From assembly GCA_963804165.1 (NCBI GenBank), contig CAWDPO010000043.1, forward strand, positions 32,001 through 96,000: DNA of 64,000 nt, written 5' to 3'. The notes under the pieces were generated by a model that was not told the DNA's origin, did no database searches, and worked only from the letters and a program-made list of their open reading frames with translations. Made by a program: the position numbers and the translations under genes. This DNA comes from an uncultured delta proteobacterium (lineage in GTDB: Bacteria > Desulfobacterota > Binatia > UBA9968). Positions 53,366 through 64,000 of the stretch are shown here, one piece after another (position 1 is the stretch's first letter; the number at the start of each line of letters is the position of its first letter).

Positions 53366-54262
53366 ATGATCCAAGTTCGATTTCATGGCCGCGGCGGGCA
53401 AGGCGCAAAGATCGCCAGTCGGATACTGGGGCGAAGTGGCTTTTTGTCAGGAATGTTTGCCCAGGACTTCGCGGTGTTCGGCGCCGAAAGACGTGGCGCG
53501 CCGGTGATTTCCTTCACCCGTCTGAGCACGGCATCAATTGACGAGCGCGGCCCTATCGAACGACCTAATCTTATCGTGGTCATGGATGATACCCTTTTGA
53601 CGGAAGCTCCCGGCAAGTCTTTCATGGCGTCAATGATCGAACGCCGCTTTTGGTGAATGCCGATCCCGGTCATTTCGAAGCGAGCTTAGTAAAACTATCG
53701 TCAGCCAACTTGGTTTTGATCGATCTCACCGCAATCGCCCAAAAACTTATCGGCAATGCATTTATCAGTACCGCTGCCGCCGCTGTGGCCGCCAAATGTA
53801 TTCCGGCAATCCATCGGCGGACGCTGGAGGAAGCCGTCTCGACTGAGCTCGCCGAGTTCGGCCTGCCCGGCGAACTTATCGAAAAGAATCTCGCGGTCGC
53901 TCGGGACGCTTACCAGCAAACACCAGTCATTGGTCTAGCAGATTACCCGGCACCGACCATCGAGCTGCAATCTTCTCTGGTAACACCACCGTATTTGACC
54001 TCAAGCGAATTTGCCGGCCCAACCATACGCCATCGCGGCAGTGCTGCACTGCGCCAAACCGGCAACTGGCGCACACAGCGACCGGTGATCGACTTGGCAA
54101 AATGTAAACGTTGCTTCCTGCTGCTATCTCTATTGTCCGGAGGCAGCGATGACCTTGGACGCGGAGAATTTTCCGCACGTCGACTACGAGCACTGCAAGG
54201 GCTGCATAATTTGTTATGAAGAATGTCCAACCGACGCGATTGCGCGAAAAATCGAGGAATGA
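53366..54262 (+). CDS. 2-oxoacid:ferredoxin oxidoreductase gamma-delta fusion (frameshifts)
   Basis: HGRGGQG, FGAERRGAP, TGNWR, CKRC and CKGCIICYEECP. Confidence 0.85.
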
Positions 54263-54322
54263 GGCGATGCAACGAGCACCGAAACATCGTACGATCGCGA
54301 TTCATCGTCATCGAGGTATGAC

Positions 54323-55552
54323 ATGACCCAAACTATGCTCACCGGCAACGCCGCGGCGGCTTGGGGCGCCAGGCTGGCCCGCGCGGATTATGTTCCATCG
54401 TTTCCGATCACGCCGCAGACGGAGATCATCGAGACCCTCGCGCGCTGGTGCCAAACCGGGGAGATGCCCGCCAAGCTGGTGATGATGGATTCCGAGCACT
54501 CGATGCTGGCTGCAGCTTTAGGTGCCGCCGCCGCAGGCGTACGCGTGTTCACCGCGACATCAAGCCAAGGATTGCTCTATGGCTTCGAAATGCTCTACGC
54601 CATTGCCGGTCTTCGCTTGCCCCTGGTTTTGGTTAACGTTTCGCGCGCGCTCGCGCACCCGATTACCTTAGAACCCGATCACAACGACGTGCTTTCTGCG
54701 CGCGACACCGGTTTCCTCCAGTTTCACTGCGAAACCAGCCAGGAAGTCCTCGACTCGATCTTGATGGCCTATCGTTTGGCCGAACATCACAAAGTTCTTC
54801 TGCCGGCCATCGTTAACCTCGATGGTTTTTATCTGTCGTTTACCCGGGAAACCGTAGACATTCCGACGCTCGAAGCCGTTAAGGAATTTCTGCCCAGCTT
54901 CACGCCGGCTTATCCGGCTCTTTCCGGAAAGGATTCGGTCGCTCTCGGCGCCAGCGTGCTCGATTCGAGCTTGTACACCTATTTCAAACATCAGATGCAC
55001 CACGCGACGGAGAACGCCCTGGCGACCTATCCTCAGATCGCCGGCGAGTTCGCCGAAAGATTCGGCCGACACTACAGCGCCATAGAGGAATTCATGCTCG
55101 ACGACGCTGACTATGTCATCGTCATGACCAATTCTTTTGCCTCAATGGGCAAAGCTGAAATCAGACGATTGCGCAACGCAGGAAAAAAAGTTGGCATGGC
55201 TCGCTTGCGCATGCTCCGGCCATTTCCGCACGATGATCTGCAGCACGTGTTACGCTGCCGGAAAGGTGTTGCTGTAGTCGATCAAAACATCTCGGTCGGT
55301 AAGGGCGGCATCCTATTCAATGAAATCGCCGGTGCACTCTACGGCCTGATCGATCGACCGCCGGTTTTGCTCTCGTTCATCGGTGGTCTCGGCGGCCGCC
55401 GTTTTCGTCCTGGCGAATTCGACGACATGCTCGAAAAGATGGAAAACCCTAGTGAAACCAGCCCCGAAATGGCGAGGCCGCATTTGCTGTTCACGGCTGC
55501 GGAATGCCGCGAGGTCGGTCGATTTTTCGCGATCGCGGGAAAAGAGCCGTAA
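54323..55552 (+). CDS. porA: 2-oxoacid (pyruvate-type):ferredoxin oxidoreductase alpha subunit
   Basis: GNAA, FPITPQT, SEH, TATSSQGL, DGFYLS. Confidence 0.85.
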   Translation: MTQTMLTGNAAAAWGARLARADYVPSFPITPQTEIIETLARWCQTGEMPAKLVMMDSEHSMLAAALGAAAAGVRVFTATSSQGLLYGFEMLYAIAGLRLPLVLVNVSRALAHPITLEPDHNDVLSARDTGFLQFHCETSQEVLDSILMAYRLAEHHKVLLPAIVNLDGFYLSFTRETVDIPTLEAVKEFLPSFTPAYPALSGKDSVALGASVLDSSLYTYFKHQMHHATENALATYPQIAGEFAERFGRHYSAIEEFMLDDADYVIVMTNSFASMGKAEIRRLRNAGKKVGMARLRMLRPFPHDDLQHVLRCRKGVAVVDQNISVGKGGILFNEIAGALYGLIDRPPVLLSFIGGLGGRRFRPGEFDDMLEKMENPSETSPEMARPHLLFTAAECREVGRFFAIAGKEP

Positions 55553-55612
55553 TGAAGGATTTGTAGTAGGTGCGGGTTTCTAACTCGACCTACGACGACG
55601 AGAAAACATTTT

Positions 55613-56534
55613 ATGAAACGTGAAAAATATAAAAGTCTGCGCACGATCTCACACGAAGAGCCCCTCGGTCCCGGGGGTTCGCTATGCGCTGGATGCGGGG
55701 GGCAACTGAGCTTAAGGCTTTTTCATAAAGCCCTCGGCGAAAACGTGATCTTCGTCAATGCCGCGAGCTGCTCGACGCTGCTCGCGACTTACCCGTTTAC
55801 GCCACTCAGCTCATCGTGGATTTATACGGCAATGGCATGCGCCCCCGCGGGCGCGCAGGGCGTGCGTGATGCGCTCGATATTTTAAAAGCGAAAGGCACG
55901 TTGCCGACGGAACAAGACCGCAAAGTCGTGGTCCTCACCGGTGACGGCGCCGCGCAGGACATCGGTTTGCAATCGACGATGGCGGCGATCGATCGCGGCC
56001 TCGACTTTTATTATCTCTGCTACGACAACGAGTAGTCCTACGGCAACACCGGCTTTCAGACTTCCGCAAGCACGCCTGATGGTTTACGCACGTCGACCGC
56101 GCCAATCACACCGTCGTCGCCCCACGGCCGCTTACACGAAAGGCGCGACCTCTTCGAGATCTGGCGCGTGCAAAAGCCGCCTTATCTAGCAACGATCTCC
56201 GCAGCTTTTCCCTTAGATCTTTCGGAAAAAGTTTATCGCGCGTCTAAATTCACGGGACCGAAACTTTTCATCGCGCATTCGCCGTGCCCGCCGGGCTGGG
56301 GAGGTCGATCCGGAGTGGTCCGTGGAGATTGCGCGCCTAGCAGTCGAGACCGGCATCTGGCCGTTGAAGGAAGCAATCTACGGCGAAGTCTCGCACACGC
56401 AAATTCCGCGCAAGTTCGAGCCGGTGGAGAATTATTTAAAACGCCAGGGGCGTTTCCGTCATCTCTTCGAACCTAGAAGCAATGAAGAGACCATCGCGCA
56501 TATTCAAGCGACGGTCGATCGTTATTGGCAATGA
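55613..56534 (+). CDS. porB: 2-oxoacid:ferredoxin oxidoreductase beta (TPP-binding) subunit; internal TAG and a frameshift
   Basis: CAGCG, GDG...YDNE.SYGNTG, SPCPPGW. Confidence 0.85.
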
Positions 56535-56596
56535 GCCATTAGGAATACGGATACCCGGGCGCAAGTAAGCGCTTCATAACGGAAGGAAAAATTGTC

Positions 56597-57153
56597 GTGG
56601 TAGCAACCAGCCATCTTATGCGGAGACAGACACCGTGTTGCGGGACAAGTCCAGAACCGATCGCAGAAGGACCAAAAGACCGGCTCGAAATCGACTTTCT
56701 TTATTTAGATCTCATTGAATGCAGCAGGTGTCAGGGAACGAACCAACAGCTTGAAGCGGCCTTACCGATAATCACCGCCGTTCTCGATGCGAGTGGTTTT
56801 GAATTAAAGATGCGTAAGATTCATGTGCAGAATTCGCAACAAGCGGCCGCCTTGGGATTCGCTGTTTTCCCCACTATCCGGGTCAACAACCGAGATATCC
56901 AGTTCAACTGGCGAGAAACGCCTTGCGATCCTTGTAGTAAGGGATGCACGAGCGAGGTTTTTTGCCGGGAATGGGAATATCGCGGCCGATGGTACACCGT
57001 TCCACCGAAAGAATTAATCATTCGTGGGCATCCTCCGTGAGGCTTACGGGCAAATTGAGCAAGCGCTTGCGGCGCCACCTGGAACAACGGATATCCCAGA
57101 ACAACTTGAAAAAATATTTTGCCAAACAACCATGTTGTGAAACTACGGGATGA
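56597..57153 (+). CDS. DUF2703-type thioredoxin-like Cys-rich protein (3' frameshift)
   Basis: DFLYLDLxxCxRC, PTIRVN, CREWEYRG. Confidence 0.7.
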
Positions 57154-57195
57154 CGCAAAGGATCTCGTCACGGAGCCAGCACCTGGGAGGAAATC

Positions 57196-58298
57196 ATGTC
57201 AAACATTTTTGATTTCGCCGACGACTTGGGCCCCATAAAGATCGTCCATATCTACGATCCGAAATCCGGGCTCAAAGCCATCGTCGCCATCGACAACGTG
57301 GCGCGCGGACCGTCTATCGGCGGCATCCGCATGGCGCCCGACGTGAGCGCCGAGGAAGCATTTCGCCTGGCGCGCGCTATGACCATGAAAAATTCCGCCG
57401 CCAATCTGCCCCACGGCGGCGGCAAGGCTGTGATCTTCGGCGACCCGAAGATGGATCTAACGCCAAGAAAGAACAGCTCATCCGCGCCTTCGCCCGCGCG
57501 ATCCGCGATCTGGTCGAATATATCCGGGGCCGGACATGGGCACCGACGAGCGCTGCATGGCTTGGATCAAAGATGAAATCGGCCGCGCCGTCGGCCTGCC
57601 GCCGGAAATCGGCGGCATCCCGCTCGACGAAATTGGCGCCACTGGTTTGGGGCTAGAGCCAGCGTCGAATGCCGCGATGAAATTTTGCAGCTTCGATCTC
57701 AAAGGCGCCCGCGTGGTCGTACAAGGCTTCGGCTCGGTGGGCAAACATGCGGCGCGCTTCCTCGACCAGAAAGGCACCGTTCTCGTCGCCGCCTGCGACT
57801 CCCATGGGACTATTTATAATCCCAAGGGCATCGATGTTGCGCGGCTGATTGCTTTAAAAGACGCAGGCAAGAAACGTCAGCGATTATCCGGAGGGAGAGA
57901 AACTCAGCGTCGACGCGGTGATCGACATCGACTGTGAAATCTGGATTCCCGCCGCCCGCCCGGACGTGATCCGTAAAGAAAATGTGCATCGTCTAAAAAC
58001 CAAGCTCGTTCCTCAAGGCGCGAACATCCCCTTCACGCCGGAGGCGGAAACGCATGCTGCACGAAAGAGGCGTCCTGGTGTTCCCGATTTTATCGCCAAC
58101 GCCGGCGGCGTCATCTGCGCCTCGGTGGAATACCACGGCGGCACGCAGTCGCAAGCACTGCACACGATCGAAGAAAAAATCCGCACCAACACCGAGGAAG
58201 TGCTGGCCAACGCCAAAAAGAGCGGCACGCTGCCGCGCCAGGCCGCGATTCAATTAGCCGAAGCGCGAGTGAAGAAAGCGATGACGCATCGCCGCTAG
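57196..58298 (+). CDS. Glu/Leu/Phe/Val dehydrogenase (multiple indels)
   Basis: GGIRM, MTMK, GGGK, GPDMGT, QGFGSVG, GAN, PDFIANAGGV. Confidence 0.88.
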
Positions 58299-58366
58299 CG
58301 CTACGGCTCACGCGATGGGGATCTTTTATAGTAATTGGCACAAATATTTGGAAATGGAGAAGAAAC

Positions 58367-60605
58367 ATGAAACCACTAAGCAGACGCGAGTTCCTGAAGG
58401 CTGGAGCCATAGTCGGAGCAGGCATCCTTGTGCCATTACACTTGAAGGCCGGCACCGCGTGGGCATTTGCGCAGAGCGATGGTCTCAAAAAGTTCATTCA
58501 GCCGTTGCGCGGTAACGATGTCGTTTCGCTAGTGAATGATATCGGCGTGGCTGCACCGGATATTGCGCCCGCGCCCGTCACAGGCGTCACCCACTATACG
58601 ATCAATCTTGAACAGTTTACCGACAAATTGCACCCGCAACTCGCAAACGGGACAAAACTGTGGGGCTTTAAACCCCACGTAACTATCTAGCTGCCACCCC
58701 CGCATCACCAAAGCATCTCGGCGGTATCGTCGTAACGCAAAAGGGAGTGCCGATTCAGATCACGTTCGTGAACAAACTGCCGACTCCACATATCATTCCC
58801 GTAGATGCCACCATTATGGGCGCAGACCAGGCGCAGAACCGTGCAGCGGTTCACCTTCACGGCGGGTTCGTTCCCTGGATCAGCGATGGTGGCCCCTTCG
58901 ACTGGTTTGAGCCGGCCCCACCATTAGGTAGCGGGACCGTTGGTGAAAGTTTTCTGAATAATGTGGTCCTGAACCCAGGCGCCCCGCTCGGCCAGGCGGA
59001 GTATTACTATCCCAATGACCAAAGCGCGCGATTCGTGTGGTACCACGACCATGCATGGGGTATCACTCGCATCAACGCATACGCGGGCATTGCCTCTGGA
59101 TACATCATTCGCGACGCATTCGAAGCTGGCCTTGTCACGAACAACGGCCTGCCTGCCTTCATTGAGAACGGTGGCAACGAAATTCCGATCGTCATCCAGG
59201 ACAAGATCTTCGTCTCAACCACCACTGCCCGCACCGATCCCACTTGGTTCACCCTTCGGCCGAATGCGCAGGTAGGAGATCTATGGTACGCCCATGTGTA
59301 CGAACCCGCGTTGTACACACTCAGAGGCAACAAGAAAGGGCGCGGCTCCCTACCCCATCCCTCAGCCGTCCCTGAGTTCTTCGGCGACACTATGCTCGCC
59401 AATGGCACCGTGTATCCCGAGGCTACCGTGGAAGCGAGGAGATATCGGCTCCGTATTCTGAACGCCTGTAACGCCCGCTTCCTTAATCTGCAACTCTACG
59501 TCGACAATGGCAGCACGGATGGTATCACGCTGGACTTCGAAACGCTGACGCCGACGAACGAGGCCTACAACCCCTCGGCAATTACAGGCTTAGCGCCGTT
59601 TAGTTGCCTGCAGATTGGACAGAGGGCGGCTTCCTGCCGAAGCCTGTCAATGTTCCATTGAATGTCCCGGTCAGCCCCGTAACGCTTGCTGGCTCGCTGA
59701 TCCTTGGGCCGGCGGAGCGTGCTGATGTGATCATCGACTTCACCGGATATACGGGTCGAAAACTCATCCTTTACAATGACGCACCGGCCCCATTTCCGGA
59801 TGGGGAAGAGATCAAGGACTACTTCCCGGAAAACGAGGAAAACCCTGTTCAGCCAGTGCCAGGTTTCGGGCCCAACACTCGGCAGATCATGCGCTTCAAG
59901 GTGGTTGCAGCAACGGGTCTGGATCCGGTGCTGGGTATCTCAACCTCAACGGACTTCACGTCCGGGATTGATCCTTTGTTGGTTGCGCAAACTCCCGGCG
60001 TACCGACCCCTGTGCCTCTAAGCATCGGTGGCGTCCCGGTGACCGTTAGGAGACTGACTCTAAACGAGAGCTTCGATGACTTCGGCCGCCTCATTCAGTT
60101 GCAGGGCACCAACATACCTCTAGTAAATCGTGGCAAGGGATTCGGAAGGGCTTACACAGATCCTGTCACGGAGGTGATCAATCGAAACGCCATCGGAAGT
60201 CGTGGAAGATCGCCGACCTTACTGGCGATACGCATCCCATCCACTTTCACCTGGTGAACGTTCAGGATCCTCTCGCGCCAGCCGTTCAGGATCACGACCT
60301 ACAAGGGCACGCCCTCTTTTCTCCGACCGCCGGTCGCTCCTGATTTGAATGAACTGGGTTGGAAAGACAGCGTCAGAATGAATCCGGGAGAGGTGACCAG
60401 GGTGATTGCGCAGTTCAAGCTTCCTGACTGTGCCGATTCAGCCGTTCGCCGACCGACTCCGAGAAACGCGGCAAGTGTCAACCAGGCCTGAGGACTTGGT
60501 CTTACGCTATTGCCTGGGCAGAAAGCGCATGAGTACGTCTGGCACTGCCACATCCTGGAACACGAGGAGCATGATATGATGCGTCCGCTCGTCGTCGTTG
60601 CTTAG
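58367..60605 (+). CDS. Tat-exported multicopper oxidase (CotA/bilirubin oxidase-like; multiple indels)
   Basis: SRREFLK; HLHG, WYHDH, HPIHFH, WHCHILEHEEHDMM. Confidence 0.88.
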
Positions 60606-60770
60606 CTCCAAGTGACAAATGCGAGAGCCACGAGAGCGCGAACCAGTTGGGATCCATTTGAGGGCGGCGCCAGAGTCAAAGTAAACTAGCTGTCGCTCAA
60701 CTTAAGCTTGTTAATTTGGGCTTTTGAATCTTGTGAACGCAAAACTCGGCAAACGGAACTCTAGACTGTG

Positions 60771-61758
60771 TTAGCCGAGCATTGCCGTCGCAATCCGCAG
60801 ATAAATAACTACCGACAACAAATCTTGAATCACGGTTGCCAGCGGGCCGCTGCCGAACGCCGGATCAAGGCCGAGCCGGTTGAGCAGCCATGGCAGTGTA
60901 AGCGCAACGGCGCTCGCCGTCGTGCAGGCCGCTAAAATCGCCAGCGCCACTGCGCCGACCATGCTTGCATCGCCCCAGCGCCAGAGTCCAATCGGGAAAA
61001 AGACCGCCGCTAAAGTGACTCCAACCAGCAAACCGGTATAAACTTCACGCCGCACCACGCCCCCAATGGATACGCCTACGGACAGTCCTCGGATCACGAG
61101 CGCTTCGGTCTGCGTTCCGACCGCGTCGGCAAGATAGACAATACCGGGAATAAAGAACGCTAACATCACATTGGCCTGAAGTTGCTGCTCATAGGCGCCG
61201 ACGATATCGGCGGCCAGCAAAGCTCCCAATAGCCCCACCAACAGCCACGGCACGCGGTGCCAAAATCGCTTTACGACCGGCTCTTCGCTGGCTGTCCGTG
61301 CCATCGACGAGTCACGCAGGAAGCCGCCGAGCCGGGCCAAATCTTCGTCGTGCTCGTGGAGCAACACAGCAAGCAAACGGTCAGGCGTCAAAAAACCGAT
61401 AAACCGTCCTTCGCCATTAACCACCGCCAGCGCGCTTTCACCATGCTGCACCGCTTTCCAGGCGGCCTTTTCCTGGTCGACGCCGGGCCCTACGACAGGC
61501 GGGTCAGTATCCATGATCGCGCCGACTACAGCTTCGCGGCTGAGCGCTAAAAAGTTCCTCGACCCTGAGCACGCCGACGAGCTTGCCATCGGAGCACACG
61601 CCGATGTGCGTGGCGCTTGCGAAATGCACGCCCTCTAACGACTGTCGTAGTTCGCGCGCCGTCATTTGCGGCGAAGCCACGGGCACTAACCTACAGACAT
61701 GCTCCGACGCAGTTCCGGAAATAAATTCTGTAAGTGGAATCGATTCTCCGGGAATCAT
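60771..61758 (-). CDS. MgtE-type magnesium transporter (CBS plus TM; frameshift near 61560)
   Basis: RVPWLL, GTQT, DPAFGSGPLATVIQD. Confidence 0.88.
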
Positions 61759-61764
61759 GAGGCC

Positions 61765-62016
61765 TCAGGATCTCCTGGTCTTGTCCGTCAAGTAGCCAAT
61801 ACAGCCATCCAGCGTAATCAGTTTGGCCACGTCGGCATCGGGAATCTCGACGTTTAGCTCTTTGTGCAATCCGATGACGAAGTTCAAAAAATCGACGGAA
61901 TCGATGTCGATCTGATCGCGCAGATCCTTTCCCGGATCGATGGAATCCAAATCCACTTCCGGAGCGACATTGCTCAGTGCCTGCTTCACGATTTCTCTGA
62001 TCTCAGCCTCACTCAT
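61765..62016 (-). CDS. Acyl carrier protein
   Basis: DIDSVD phosphopantetheine Ser motif; acidic, about 83 aa. Confidence 0.88.
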   Translation of the reverse strand: MSEAEIREIVKQALSNVAPEVDLDSIDPGKDLRDQIDIDSVDFLNFVIGLHKELNVEIPDADVAKLITLDGCIGYLTDKTRRS

Positions 62017-62066
62017 TGTTGGTTTGCCTTCCATCCTCGATTCTCGATCCTCCATTCTCGAACTTT

Positions 62067-63277
62067 TCATAGCTTTTGCGGCTCCTGCAATAGACGATCG
62101 ATAGCGATCAAAAATCGACCGCCTCGGTGGCCGTCGCTGACGCGATGATCGGCCGCGAGCGTCGCATCGATCATCGGCCGCACGCCCACCATACCGTTCT
62201 CGGCAAACGGCCGCTCACTCATTTTGCCGAAGCCGACCAGTGCCACCTGCGGCGGATAGATCACGCCGAAAACGCTTTCGACTCCTTGTTCGCCCAAATT
62301 GGTAACAGTAATCGTGCCGTCCGACAGCTCCGAGCTGCGCAGATGACCGGTGCGCGCGCGATTGACCAGATCGAGCATATTCTCCATCAGTTCATCTAGA
62401 GTCTTCTTATCGACGTCGTGGATCGCCGGATTGATCAGTCCGCCTTGGCGCAACGAAATCGCCACGCCGATATGAATTCCCTCGCTGGCTTTGAATCCAT
62501 CGTCGATCCAGAAACCGTTGAGTTCCGGTGTGCGCGCAAAGCCAGCGCAACGGCGCGAAGCAGCAGCACCGAGTAAAGCAATCTTTTCGTCACGGATCTC
62601 TTGGTGTTCTCCGCGGCAAGCCAGTCTAAAGAGCGGCGCATGTCGATGGTCGTGGAGAGATAATAATGAGGAATCTCCCGCTTCGAGCGTGCCATAGCCG
62701 CAGCAATCACGCGGCGCATCGCTGCCAAATCCAAACCCTTCGGTGGAACAGGCGGCGCCGGTGTCGTCGGGGCTGTCGATGGTTTCACGGCCTCCGCCGC
62801 CCGTTCGACATCTGTGACTGTAATTGAGCCATCTACACCGGTGCCGCCAATGCCGGCCAAATCCACGCCGAGTTCCTGGGCGCGCTTTCTTGCCAGCGGT
62901 GAAACGCGCAGACGAGTAGCTTCATGCGCCAGCGGTGGCGCGACGGGAGCTTGCATCCTTGGCCTTTCTTCCTGCACCGGCGTTGCCGTCTCCGCTGCAA
63001 CGGCAACCGGCGATGGCGCGGCTTCTGCCTCAATCTTCTTGCCGTCGCCGTTCAATGTCGCTAGCGTCGTCCCGACCGGAACTTTTTGTCCGGGCTGGAC
63101 GATAAGCGATTCAATCACACCGTTTTCAAAAATTTCGACTTCGATAACGCCCTTTTCCGTTTCCACCAGCGCCACGACGTCGCCACGCTTGACGGTGTCG
63201 CCAGGTTTCACGCGCCATTCCACGATGGTGCCGAACTGCATGTCGGCGCCGAGCGAAGGCATGCGAAATTCAGTCAT
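62067..63277 (-). CDS. 2-oxoacid dehydrogenase E2 dihydrolipoamide acyltransferase (frameshift near 62530)
   Basis: Lipoyl [14 protein letters not shown]3-binding domain, DHRVSDG. Confidence 0.92.
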
Positions 63278-63510
63278 GGCCCATCACCACACGGCGTGCT
63301 GAGCCAGCAGATGTACGATATGGCGGAATCTTCGGCGCAATGATAAGCACTAAGCGGTTTCATTGTGTCAGCCTTCCTCTTCATCGAGAAGGACGGATTC
63401 AAGCTATCGCGCTTATGGCTTTGCGAAAGCGATCCAGGAAAAAGGAGAAAAGCATCCTTATGCTAGCGCGCACTCCGCGTCTGTCACGCGCGACTTTTAT
63501 TCGATAATAG

Positions 63511-63526
63511 CGCAACTATTGTGCCA
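63511..63526 (-). promoter_or_regulatory. Sigma-54 promoter
   Basis: TGGCACAATAGTTGCG. Confidence 0.65.
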
Positions 63527-64000
63527 TTAACTGCTTGAGCAGGTCTTAGCTTTGTCTAAGGCCGATTCAAATATTTTGCGCTGATCGAAAGATCACAAGA
63601 TAAGATTTCGCTTGGACCCCTTTGTTGTGTCATTCTTATCTATGCGAATAATAGCGTCATTTTCGTTCATTCCTGCGAGTAATTCGAGCGGGAACACGAA
63701 CTCGGAAACGTGGCGATTGCGGACAAATAGCTGCCGAATCTGTCATCAAGCGCCTGAGTTACGAGTCACGGGCGGGCAACTCAACGCGACCGCTTTAACG
63801 AAAGCGGAGAACCCGAGCGGATTGTTGTATTCGATGAAGCGAGGCAGAATTCAAGCATTGAGAAGAAAACCCCATCAAGAACTGCGAGATGCAGGTCCTC
63901 TCCGGAGCCCGTTCACGCCCCGGGTGGTAAGCCACCGGCTGAGAACACCCGCCCATGTCCCGCGACAGGAAGTGGGAAGCTCATGAGCCGTCTGGGCGCG

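Noticed and set aside
56033-56035. In-frame TAG in porB as possible pyrrolysine or other recoding
   Set aside because: It is an extra codon within YDNE-SYGNT (gagtagt micro-duplication) rather than a replacement of a conserved residue, so a sequencing insertion is more likely
62030-62064. Short degenerate heptamer repeats (ccatcct cgattct cgatcct ccattct)
   Set aside because: Low-complexity intergenic repeat with no spacers; not CRISPR
63340-64000. ORF 63612-63986 and flanking sequence
   Set aside because: No recognisable motif or RBS, so it cannot be supported

Overview
This is a bacterial, GC-rich accessory region that looks like a redox and low-oxygen stress island. A Binatia/deltaproteobacterium-like origin is an impression only. 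Many genes are broken by single indels, consistent with an unpolished long-read assembly. From left to right: (1) a nucleotide-transporter gene and copper-related remnants; (2) a cryptic cluster of four candidate selenoprotein genes at 2.8-8.8 kb, each with in-frame UGA followed by a bSECIS-like hairpin: two YeeE/YedE half-transporters with UGA at the conserved Cys, and two tiny membrane proteins missing from the ORF track, one with a U-P-U motif; (3) OsmC, an orphan PaaA-like di-iron protein, glycogen phosphorylase and a P-type ATPase; (4) qNor, followed by an MtrA/MtrB porin-cytochrome pair co-oriented with a 9-heme cytochrome, Rieske and cytochrome b, bracketed by a duplicated hemerythrin/cyt c/NapC module; (5) an lxa/DosR-like block with 8 USPs, CBS proteins, Hsp20, GAPDH, an FNT channel and a PTS-EIIA-fused P-type ATPase; (6) a 2-oxoacid:ferredoxin oxidoreductase, an amino-acid dehydrogenase, a Tat multicopper oxidase, MgtE, ACP and an orphan E2. 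About 13 sigma-54 (-24/-12) promoters precede operons across the window. I found no rRNA, tRNA, CRISPR array or transposase.
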